Shown here piece after piece: positions 1 to 7,399 of a stretch of 12,442 nt of DNA. Position 1 is the first letter of the stretch, and every line of letters begins with the position of its first letter. The translations under genes and the position numbers were made by a program. Source of the stretch: a bacterium (GTDB lineage: Bacteria; Zhuqueibacterota; Zhuqueibacteria; Oceanimicrobiales; Oceanimicrobiaceae); NCBI GenBank assembly GCA_046757165.1, contig JBHHXT010000140.1, forward strand, positions 1 through 12,442, read 5' to 3'. A model generated the notes under the pieces. That model had not been told where the DNA came from and did not search any database. It was given only the letters and a program-made list of their open reading frames with translations.

Positions 1-780
1 ATGCCCGCCATCCGCGGCATAGATCTGCTGAAACGGTTGCAGCGGCAAGCCGAAGACCTTGGTGCTGAGATCATCAAAGACAACGTAACTTTCGCCGCCG
101 GCAAAGAAGGCGCCTTCCTTCTCAAAGGCCAAAGCGGGACAGAATGGCGCAGCAAAACGGTCCTTCTCGCGACCGGCGTTGCCCGAACCCACCCCACGGT
201 TGCTGGGGACCACCGGCCTTGCTTCGCGTACGCCGGCAAAGGCAACATGTTCTATTGCCCGGACTGCGAGGCGCCTGAAATACAGGGTAAAGACACCATC
301 GTGATTGGCGCGGGACCGGCGGATTGGGCGGCCGGGATGGCCATCGGCTTGAGCCGCTATTCCGGCAAGCTGCGCGTGCTGCTGACCGCGGATACAGAGT
401 TATCACCAAAACGCTCCGGGCAATTGCAAGCCAAGGATATTGCTGTCATTTCCGGCAAGCTAAGAAAACTCATCGGCCACAAGGGCATTCTCTCCGGGCT
501 GCTTCTCGAAGATGACAGGGAACTGCAAGCCGAAGCGTTCTTCGTTTCCAGCCCGGCAACCGGCCGTACCGACCTGGCACAGCAGCTCGGCGTCGAAATG
601 GCGCCAACAGGCACCCACGCCCAGCCCAAATCGCAGCGTGGCGACACCAATGTCCCGGGCGTCTGGATTGCCGGCGATTTGCGGCCCATGTCCCAGCAGG
701 TCGCGGTCGCCATGGGAACTGGAAATATTGCCGCCCTCATGATCGACCAGTCCCTGAGAAAGAAGGAAGTGCTTGCCTAG
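1..780 (+). CDS. Thioredoxin reductase-like NAD(P)/FAD-dependent oxidoreductase, probably 5'-truncated by the window edge
   Basis: Motifs VLLATG, redox CPDC (nt 256-267), second Rossmann IVIGAG and C-terminal TNVPGVWIAGD...QQVAVAMGTGNIAA are typical of the TrxB/pyridine nucleotide-disulfide class II family. The N-terminal FAD-binding GxGxxG is absent, so the true start is probably upstream of position 1. Confidence 0.85.
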   Translation: MPAIRGIDLLKRLQRQAEDLGAEIIKDNVTFAAGKEGAFLLKGQSGTEWRSKTVLLATGVARTHPTVAGDHRPCFAYAGKGNMFYCPDCEAPEIQGKDTIVIGAGPADWAAGMAIGLSRYSGKLRVLLTADTELSPKRSGQLQAKDIAVISGKLRKLIGHKGILSGLLLEDDRELQAEAFFVSSPATGRTDLAQQLGVEMAPTGTHAQPKSQRGDTNVPGVWIAGDLRPMSQQVAVAMGTGNIAALMIDQSLRKKEVLA

Positions 781-3700
781 TGCACGTCTTGTCATGCCGA
801 TCAAAACTGCTGTGCTGTCTTCTCCCCTGCCTGCTGGCAAGCGGAATTCAGGCGCAACACGCTGAACATGTTCCCGGTGAGATCATCATCAAACTTCGGA
901 CCGGGGCGCCGTGGCCGGGAGTCCGTGTGAACACGCCGACCTCTGTGCTGGCCAGGCCGTCACTCAACGCGCTAAGCGCTGCCTTCTCAGTTGAAGAAAT
1001 CAAGCCGCTTTTCTCAGCACCGTCCGTTCACGGCTTGCACTGGCGCAAGGCCGGGTTCAGCCGCACGTTCAAACTAGCCTTCCCGGCCAACACAGATCTT
1101 GAAGAGATTCTCGCGGCCTACGGGTATCATCCCGAGGTGGAATACGCGCAGCCCAACTTCCGCCACAAGCTGCACGTCGAGCCGAACGACTCGCTCTTCG
1201 CGCAGCAGCGGGCCCTGGAGCTGGTGCAGGCTGCGTTAGCCTGGGAGCACCAGCTTGCCTCGCCCGGGGTGATCGTGGGCGTCATCGACACGGGCATCGA
1301 CTACACCCACGCCGACCTGCAGGACGCCATCTGGGTCAACGCCGGTGAAGACCTGAACGGCAACGGCGGGGTGGACTCCACCGACTTCAACGGTCTCGAC
1401 GACGACGGCAACGGATTCATCGATGACCTGCGCGGTTGGGATTTCACCGACGCACCAACCTTCCCGGACGGCGGCGATTTTGAGACCCCTGACAACGATC
1501 CGTTTGACGAACACGGCCATGGCACCTCGGTTGCCGGTATCATTGGCGCCACGGGCGACAACCGCATCGGCATCGCCGGGCTGGCGTACGGCTGCCGCAT
1601 CATGGCGCTGCGCGCCGGCACAGCGAGCGGCTTTCTGGAAGAAGACGACGTCGCCTCCGCCATCGTTTACGCGGTCGAAAACGGCGCGCGCATCATCAAC
1701 ATGAGCTTTGGAGACGAAGTAGCCTCTCCCCTGCTGCGGGACGTGATGCAGTATGCGCATGAGCAGGATTGTGTCTTGGTCGCCTCAGCCGGAAACGCCT
1801 CTACCGACCTCATCCATTTTCCCTCCGGCTTCTCTGAGACCATTTCAGTCGGTGCTACTACTCTCAGTGATGGCCTGGCCAATTTTTCAAATTACGGCGC
1901 TTCTGTAGACGTCGTGGCGCCGGGCGTGGGAGTCCTGACCACGGCACTGCGAAACACTTACGGCGAGTTCAGCGGTACCTCGGCTTCGGCACCGTTTGTT
2001 TCGGCGCTGGCCGCGCTCATCCTTTCCAAAACACCGGCTTTGTCAAACGAGTCAGTGCGAGGGCTCATCATCTCCTCGGCAGAAGATCTGGGAGAGGAAG
2101 GCTGGGATAATTTCTTTGCCGCCGGCCGAATCAATGCTCTGCGCGCGCTCGAGTCGCCCTATTTCTCTGTGGCAGAACTGACCTCACCGCGGCTGGACGC
2201 TGGCTTTGCGTCCGGGCTGGTGCCGATTTACGGCACCGCAAGCGGCACGTTTCTGGAAGCTTATTCTGTGGCCCTCGGCGCAGGAGAAACGCCCGAAGCA
2301 TGGACCCCTTTGCTGCACGTCCAGCAGCGCCAGGTTATCGATGAGCATCTGCTCGACCTGGAGGTCTCCGGATTGCAGGACGGCATCTACACCTTGCGAC
2401 TGAAGGTGCACAACCAGGGCCAGCCAGACGTGGAGGACAAAGTCCGGTTCTTCATCGACCGCACGCCGCCGACAATTGGCAACATTACTCAGACAACGAT
2501 GCTGGACGGCGACCGGCACAGTTTCCTGCTGGAATTTGAAACCGACGATGTTTGCGACGCCACTGTTTTTTTTCGAGCCGCAGGCAGCGCGGGACGGTTT
2601 CAAGAAAAAAATCTGCGCTTTCGCACCACGACACACCGCACTCTGTTCACCCAGGATGAGTTCACCGGAAAAATGGAGTTTCTTATCGCAGCTGTCAACG
2701 GTTCAGATTTGACGGCCAAAACAGACAACAACGGCGAGTTTTTTTCTGCCGACCTGAGTGCGCCTGCTATCGGGGGGGTGCCGCTCGACAACCTCTCCCT
2801 TGCCTTTCAACCTGGCTTCCTGATCGCTGCGCCCTCCGACTTCGACCAGGACGGCTTTCTCGAAGTCATCCTGAACGAATATGACAACGCCCTTAATTTT
2901 GACAAGATGAAAATCCTGGAGATACAACAAGAGCGCGTGGGCGAAGTGTTTGCGACCGAGGAGATCTTCATCCCGCGCGATTGGGGCGACTCCGACGGCG
3001 ACGGCTTGCTCGAGATTCTTGCCGGCAGAGGCTCAAAAAGCTTCGTTTTCGAAGCTGAGGCCCCAAACGATTTCCCACGCCGGATCAAATGGCAGGCGAG
3101 CGACGACACCTGGGCCAGCCGCTTCTCCGATCTGGACCGAGACGGCCTCGGCGAGCTCATCCTCCGAATCGGCGACTTGTACACGGTTTGGGAAACGCTG
3201 GCAGAGACAAAATACACGCGTGTCGACTCCTTTCCGAATCCGACCCCGGGCAGCAACGCTGTCGGCGTGCCGCACTCAGAAATTGGCGATTTTGACGGCG
3301 ACGGCTGGCTTGAAATCCTGCACGGGGACGCCGACGGCGATCTCTACCTTTACGAAAACCGTGGCAACGACCAGTATGACTTCACGTGGTCGGACCGGTT
3401 GCCGCTGTTGGACGCGACCGACTACCTCACGTGCGGCGATTTCGACGGCGACGGCGTCGAAGAGTTCGTCGCCGGTTGCCATTCCGATCCGAGTCTGAAC
3501 CTCGAAAGCGCGTTTGACAGCCGGCATTGGCTCTACCGCATCTACAAGCGAAAAGCAGACAACACCTTCGAGCCGGTCTGGCAGCATGCGTTCTTCGGCT
3601 TTCAGTCCCCGCGCGAGTTTGACAGCGGCGTCTCCTCCGGCGATATCGACAACGACGGCCGGGCGGAAATTCTGATCCATGTTTTTCCGGATTTTTACAT

Positions 3701-5012
3701 CGTGGATTTCGACGAAACCCGGGGCGAATACGAGGTCATCTGGCATGCCAGCCCGGCCCGCAGCAACACCACCATCGTGGCTGATTTTGATGGCAACGGC
3801 GAAAATGAGTTCTACTTCAACACCGGCAGCGAAGTGTCAGGCTACCACTTTCTTTCCAACTTTGGCGGGCCGCTGACACCCACGGCATTGTCGGTCAGAC
3901 CCCTTGATTCCAAGGTGGTGGAACTGACCTGGCAGCATTCAGGCGCTGCACCCGAATTTCAGATTTACCGCGGCCGCTCGTCAGACAATTTGCACAAACT
4001 CTCGACCCGGGTCGCTCCGCCGTTCCTGGATTCAACGGTCATGTCAGACACCAGCTACTGGTACGCGGTCACGGCGCTCGACCCGGCGCTATCCCCGTCA
4101 GAGAGCCGCAAAACCAGAGCCGTGCACGTGAGACCGGGCCGCAAACCCTGGCTCGATGGTGCGCTTTACCTGCCGCCGAGCCAGGTCAAGATCAGCTTCA
4201 GCGAACGGATGAACAGTTCGGTCAAGAATCAAACCCATTATGAAATCGGGGGCCTGGGCGCCCCTTCTTCTGCCGTGCTTCACCGCTCTGGCCAAGAGGT
4301 CATTTTGACTCTGCCAGCGTCGCTGGCGCCTGGTTCCTACCCCGTGACCGCTCGCGAGGTCGCAGACCTGGACGGCACGCCCATCGACACAAGCCGCAGC
4401 TCCGCCACCTTTGAGGTCGCCAGCCAACCAGCAGCGCCGTATCTCGTGCGCGCCACCCTGGAAAACGAGACCGAGCTCAGACTGGAGTTCAGCGAGGCGA
4501 TGGAGGCGCAGTCGACTTCGCAGGTCAGCAACTATCGCTTCGAGCCGGAGGTCCGGGTCGTGGCGGCGACACCCCTGCTCACCGCGCCTGAAATTGTTCT
4601 CCTGGAAATTGACCCCACGGCTGCGATTGGCCCATTTGGCACCGAATACTTCCTGCGTGTCCGCAACGTTCGCAGCCAGCAGGGTGAAACAATCCAGTTC
4701 GGACGGGGCGACACGGCGGCGCTCATCTTCAGCAGTCAGGAGCTGTCACACGTCTTTGCCTTTCCGAATCCGTACCGCGTGGATTCCGGCCAGGGCTTTG
4801 TCACCATCGCCGGGCTGACCAGCCAGGCGATGGTTCGAATCCTGGACATGTCGGGCCGGCAGGTTCGCACTCTGAAAGAAACAGACGGCAATGGCGGAAT
4901 CGAATGGGATTTGCGGGATGAAGATGGCGCCCTGGTGGCCTCCGGGATCTATGTGTTTTATGTAACGGGCGGCGGGAAGACGGCCACCGGGAAGGTGGCG
5001 GTGGTTCGGTGA
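780..5012 (+). CDS. Secreted S8 (subtilisin-family) serine peptidase with prodomain, FG-GAP/VCBS repeats, FN3 and Ig-like domains and a T9SS type A / FlgD-Ig C-terminal domain
   Basis: Signal peptide-like N-terminus (LLCCLLPCLLASGIQAQ). Triad VIDTG (D170, nt 1287), HGHGTSVAG (H247, nt 1518), GTSASAP (S401, nt 1980); oxyanion SAGN (N339). Seven DxDxDG-x-x-E repeats, an FN3-like VELTW...YWYAVTA segment, and C-terminal FPNPY...ILDMSGRQVRTL...WDLRD..G..VASGIY. GTG start overlaps the upstream TAG. Confidence 0.92.
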   Translation: MHVLSCRSKLLCCLLPCLLASGIQAQHAEHVPGEIIIKLRTGAPWPGVRVNTPTSVLARPSLNALSAAFSVEEIKPLFSAPSVHGLHWRKAGFSRTFKLAFPANTDLEEILAAYGYHPEVEYAQPNFRHKLHVEPNDSLFAQQRALELVQAALAWEHQLASPGVIVGVIDTGIDYTHADLQDAIWVNAGEDLNGNGGVDSTDFNGLDDDGNGFIDDLRGWDFTDAPTFPDGGDFETPDNDPFDEHGHGTSVAGIIGATGDNRIGIAGLAYGCRIMALRAGTASGFLEEDDVASAIVYAVENGARIINMSFGDEVASPLLRDVMQYAHEQDCVLVASAGNASTDLIHFPSGFSETISVGATTLSDGLANFSNYGASVDVVAPGVGVLTTALRNTYGEFSGTSASAPFVSALAALILSKTPALSNESVRGLIISSAEDLGEEGWDNFFAAGRINALRALESPYFSVAELTSPRLDAGFASGLVPIYGTASGTFLEAYSVALGAGETPEAWTPLLHVQQRQVIDEHLLDLEVSGLQDGIYTLRLKVHNQGQPDVEDKVRFFIDRTPPTIGNITQTTMLDGDRHSFLLEFETDDVCDATVFFRAAGSAGRFQEKNLRFRTTTHRTLFTQDEFTGKMEFLIAAVNGSDLTAKTDNNGEFFSADLSAPAIGGVPLDNLSLAFQPGFLIAAPSDFDQDGFLEVILNEYDNALNFDKMKILEIQQERVGEVFATEEIFIPRDWGDSDGDGLLEILAGRGSKSFVFEAEAPNDFPRRIKWQASDDTWASRFSDLDRDGLGELILRIGDLYTVWETLAETKYTRVDSFPNPTPGSNAVGVPHSEIGDFDGDGWLEILHGDADGDLYLYENRGNDQYDFTWSDRLPLLDATDYLTCGDFDGDGVEEFVAGCHSDPSLNLESAFDSRHWLYRIYKRKADNTFEPVWQHAFFGFQSPREFDSGVSSGDIDNDGRAEILIHVFPDFYIVDFDETRGEYEVIWHASPARSNTTIVADFDGNGENEFYFNTGSEVSGYHFLSNFGGPLTPTALSVRPLDSKVVELTWQHSGAAPEFQIYRGRSSDNLHKLSTRVAPPFLDSTVMSDTSYWYAVTALDPALSPSESRKTRAVHVRPGRKPWLDGALYLPPSQVKISFSERMNSSVKNQTHYEIGGLGAPSSAVLHRSGQEVILTLPASLAPGSYPVTAREVADLDGTPIDTSRSSATFEVASQPAAPYLVRATLENETELRLEFSEAMEAQSTSQVSNYRFEPEVRVVAATPLLTAPEIVLLEIDPTAAIGPFGTEYFLRVRNVRSQQGETIQFGRGDTAALIFSSQELSHVFAFPNPYRVDSGQGFVTIAGLTSQAMVRILDMSGRQVRTLKETDGNGGIEWDLRDEDGALVASGIYVFYVTGGGKTATGKVAVVR
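2835..3820 (+). repeat. Seven FG-GAP-like Ca2+-binding repeats within the S8 protein (approximate bounds)
   Basis: SDFDQDGFLE, GDSDGDGLLE, SDLDRDGLGE, GDFDGDGWLE, GDFDGDGVEE, GDIDNDGRAE and ADFDGNGENE, spaced about 45-70 aa apart. Confidence 0.85.
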
Positions 5013-5179
5013 ACGGTCCTTGTTTTATTAGCGATTGGGCACGCAAAGACGCAAAATTTGCAGAGTGGCGGTGAGGTTTTCTCGTTGAACAAGGAATCAT
5101 CGCGCCGCAAAAAACGGGCAATGTTTGTAACGGTGTCTTTCTAAGACCTGGTTAGTCAAAGGAGAAACGGCTTAGTCAA

Positions 5180-5200
5180 AACACGGTCACAGACCGTGTT
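5180..5200. repeat. Perfect 9-bp hairpin, REP-like palindrome
   Basis: AACACGGTC-ACA-GACCGTGTT. Confidence 0.55.
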
Positions 5201-5218
5201 GGATCCATTCTGAACCGT

Positions 5219-5248
5219 CAAACGTGAAACATGCCTGTTTCATGTTTG
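5219..5248 (+). other. 13-bp stem-loop, possible terminator or operator downstream of the S8 gene
   Basis: CAAACGTGAAACA-TGCC-TGTTTCATGTTTG, with one G-U pair on the + strand and no strong U-tract. Confidence 0.35.
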
Positions 5249-5469
5249 CAGTGCTCCTTCTGATATCATCTCTTTGGTCCCTTTCCGCCTCCGGCTTGTG
5301 AACGTGTAGACCATGTTCTGCATTTTAAAGACTTTACAGGTAGTTGATACTATGACTTCGCTTGGGGGTGAGGAAAGCGCCATGCGAGTCTGTTGTTCGG
5401 ACTCGAGCTGAGTCGTCAATCCAAAATGCTGTATCACCCTCAAATCAGAAGGATGTACGACTTCGGACG

Positions 5470-6219
5470 ATGAAATCTCTCTGGGACGAGCTAAACAGTA
5501 AGCTCACCGTTTTCTACAAAAAGGGGGATTTCAAGGCGGCGTTCCATATTGCCGAAAAAGCGCTGAAGGTCGCCAAAGACAACTATGGCGCCGAACATCC
5601 CAATGTTGCCACTTCGCTCAACAACCTGGCCGGAATCCACAAAGCGCAAGGGGATTTGTCGGAAGCCGAGCGACTCTACGAGCAGGCCTGGGCCCTGCGC
5701 AAACGCGTCTTCGGCCCGGAGCATCCTGAAGTGGCCAACTCGCTGAACAACCTGGCCGTGCTCTACAAGGCGCAAGGCGATTACTTCGAATCGGAGTCCA
5801 TGCACCGGCAGGCGCTGGCCATTCGTGAAAAAACGCTCGGCGACGACCATCTCGACGTTGCGGTTTCGTTGAACAATCTTGCCGTCCTCTATGACTCCTG
5901 GCGCAAAATGCCGCAGGCAGAGCCGCTCTATCAGCGCGCGCTAACGATCATTGAAAAGCATCATGGCTCCCATCATCCCAGTGTGGCGACCCTGTTGAAC
6001 AACCTGGCCGGGATCTACAAAACGCAAGGGCTTTACACACAGGCTGAGCCCCTCTACCAGCGCGCATTAGACATCCGACAAAGACGGTATGGGCCACGGC
6101 ATCCATCTGTTGCGACTATTCTGCGCAACCTGGGAACCCTGTACAAACGCGCGGGATTAGACGAACGTGCTCAGAAATACAAGGAAAAGGCGAGGCGAAT
6201 TCGGGCAAACTCTAAGTAG
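5470..6219 (+). CDS. Tetratricopeptide repeat protein (42-aa kinesin light chain-like TPR repeats)
   Basis: Four full 42-aa repeats of the form VAxSLNNLAxxYxxQGxxxxAExLYxRALxIxxxxxGxxHPx plus degenerate N- and C-terminal repeats. ATG at 5470 is preferred over TTG at 5362 because the 36-aa extension is not repeat-like and overlaps predicted hairpins. Confidence 0.9.
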   Translation: MKSLWDELNSKLTVFYKKGDFKAAFHIAEKALKVAKDNYGAEHPNVATSLNNLAGIHKAQGDLSEAERLYEQAWALRKRVFGPEHPEVANSLNNLAVLYKAQGDYFESESMHRQALAIREKTLGDDHLDVAVSLNNLAVLYDSWRKMPQAEPLYQRALTIIEKHHGSHHPSVATLLNNLAGIYKTQGLYTQAEPLYQRALDIRQRRYGPRHPSVATILRNLGTLYKRAGLDERAQKYKEKARRIRANSK

Positions 6220-6244
6220 TGGCCGCCCGAAACTCGCTTTTTGC

Positions 6245-6349
6245 TGTCATTTTCCCGAATGCTTCAAGGCTTTCGGGACTTCTCAGCGAAGCAATCTCAC
6301 GGTTAGGCAAAGGATGAGATTGCTTCGGCAGAAAACGCCTGCCAGTGAC
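6245..6349. repeat. Composite palindromic intergenic repeat between convergent genes, possible bidirectional terminator
   Basis: Perfect 13-bp inverted repeat CGAAGCAATCTCA (6287-6299) / TGAGATTGCTTCG (6315-6327). Extra stems TCCCGAA/TTCGGGA (6253-6278) and GGCAG/CTGCC. Outer TGTCAT...GTGAC ends. Confidence 0.6.
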
Positions 6350-6350
6350 G

Positions 6351-6809
6351 TCAACTCTGTTTCAGGACCTCGAGTTTTGCTGCCACCAGATGCCGGTGCT
6401 CGATTTTCAGCAGCGTTGCCAGCTTGTGCACCAGGTAGTCCTCATGCATATCCAGTTTGCCGTCAGCATAGACTATCCGCCATACCATCTCGATGACTTT
6501 CAGCTTTTCTTCCTCTGAATAGTTCTCATTGATGAGGTTGGTGAATCTCCACAGATCAATGCTATCCTTCAACTCGGCCCGGGCTGCTTCTTCGATCTGT
6601 TCCGCGACCTCTTTTCCCAGACCGTACTCTTTTTTCAGGATCGCAAAGAGCTGCTGACGTTCCTGGTCGTTGAACTCACCATCGATGTTCGCCATTTCGA
6701 GCATCAGGGCACAAGTTGCGACGCGAATATCATGCACCGGAGCAGCGTCAGAGGCCTCCTTTGCCGGCCCGGGGTCTGGTGTGAAAAATTTCTGGATCAA
6801 ATCTATCAT
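6351..6809 (-). CDS. TerB family (tellurite resistance-like) protein
   Basis: VATCALMLEMANIDGEFNDQE...IDLWRFTNLIN...EEKLKVIEMVWRIVYADGKLDMHEDYLVHKLATLL carries the paired (A/I)DG...E motifs of the TerB-like family. ATG at 6809, alternative GTG at 6836. Confidence 0.88.
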   Translation of the reverse strand: MIDLIQKFFTPDPGPAKEASDAAPVHDIRVATCALMLEMANIDGEFNDQERQQLFAILKKEYGLGKEVAEQIEEAARAELKDSIDLWRFTNLINENYSEEEKLKVIEMVWRIVYADGKLDMHEDYLVHKLATLLKIEHRHLVAAKLEVLKQS

Positions 6810-7309
6810 CACATTTGTCTCGTTGCGTTCGGCCACTCCTGAGTACCTGCCGAGTTCTTTTCAACACTTTTTGGCAGGACTTTTTGTGACCCGGTTTCTT
6901 CGAATTTGGAGTCCAGGATTTCAAATTTCCGGTTGTTAAATCCTGCGCTCTCTGCGGGGCTGGTCCGTTGAGGGAGAATACGACTGCCGAAGCAAGCAAG
7001 TTCCCCCTTCACTCATTTTGAGGCGTGGCCCCACACCCTTAAGCACAAGATCCTGATCTCTTTGCTGACTGTCCCTCATTTTTGGGGGATGGTCAATTCA
7101 AGCCTGATCCAACATCCCGCCTCTGCGACGCCTTTGCGGGACAACCGTGTTTTGGCACAAATCCGAGAGGGTTACACAGTTCCAAACTGTGCAGGATCAC
7201 CATCTCTCCATTCTTGAATTATCTTAAGATGATTATGTGATTAAGGCATAACCTACTTCTTAGCAGTAACTTATTGCACGTCACATAAAATAAACATTTG
7301 GCTTCGCTG

Positions 7310-7338
7310 TTGACATTGATGCGATGGTTTCTTATAAT
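7310..7338 (+). promoter_or_regulatory. Sigma70-type promoter of the DUF819 gene
   Basis: TTGACA (7310-7315), 17-bp spacer, TATAAT (7333-7338): a perfect consensus in an AT-rich intergenic segment about 60 nt before the ATG. Confidence 0.85.
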
Positions 7339-7399
7339 GTAGGCCATTTAGTGCAATTGCTTGATCATCGCCTGTCAACTATCATTTGCTCATCTAGCT

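Noticed and set aside
5036..5062. GGGCACGCAAAGACGCAAAA, resembling part of a c-di-GMP-I riboswitch
   Set aside because: Lacks the GGCAAAC...GAAA P2 stem and the downstream P3. It is better explained as a short ACGCAAA tandem repeat.
5365..5385. GAGGAAAG, resembling the RNase P RNA P4 motif
   Set aside because: Not followed by TCC, no matching 3' conserved region, and too little space before the TPR gene.
5362..5469. 36-aa N-terminal extension of the TPR ORF from a TTG start
   Set aside because: Not TPR-like and overlaps predicted hairpins; ATG 5470 is more plausible.
5600..6140. Periodic AACAACCTGGCC-like DNA repeats
   Set aside because: These are the 126-bp coding TPR repeats, not a CRISPR array or a diversity-generating retroelement. 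There are no identical repeats with unique spacers and no cas or reverse transcriptase gene.
6351..6809. Tellurite-resistance (ter) operon or defence island
   Set aside because: Only a solitary TerB-like gene is present, with no terA/C/D/Z or other defence genes.
5240..7012. Short ORFs 5240-5443(-), 6167-6496(+), 6748-6999(-) and 6809-7012(-)
   Set aside because: No recognisable motifs, and they overlap real genes or palindromic repeats.
6950..7015. Possible yybP-ykoY (Mn2+) riboswitch upstream of terB
   Set aside because: The minus strand reads AAGGGGGAAC rather than the conserved GGGGAGTAG, and the other core motifs are missing.
7246..7270. GTTATGC core on the minus strand, resembling an integron attI/attC or Xer site
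   Set aside because: No integrase in the window, no properly paired R'/R'' boxes and no cassette organisation.
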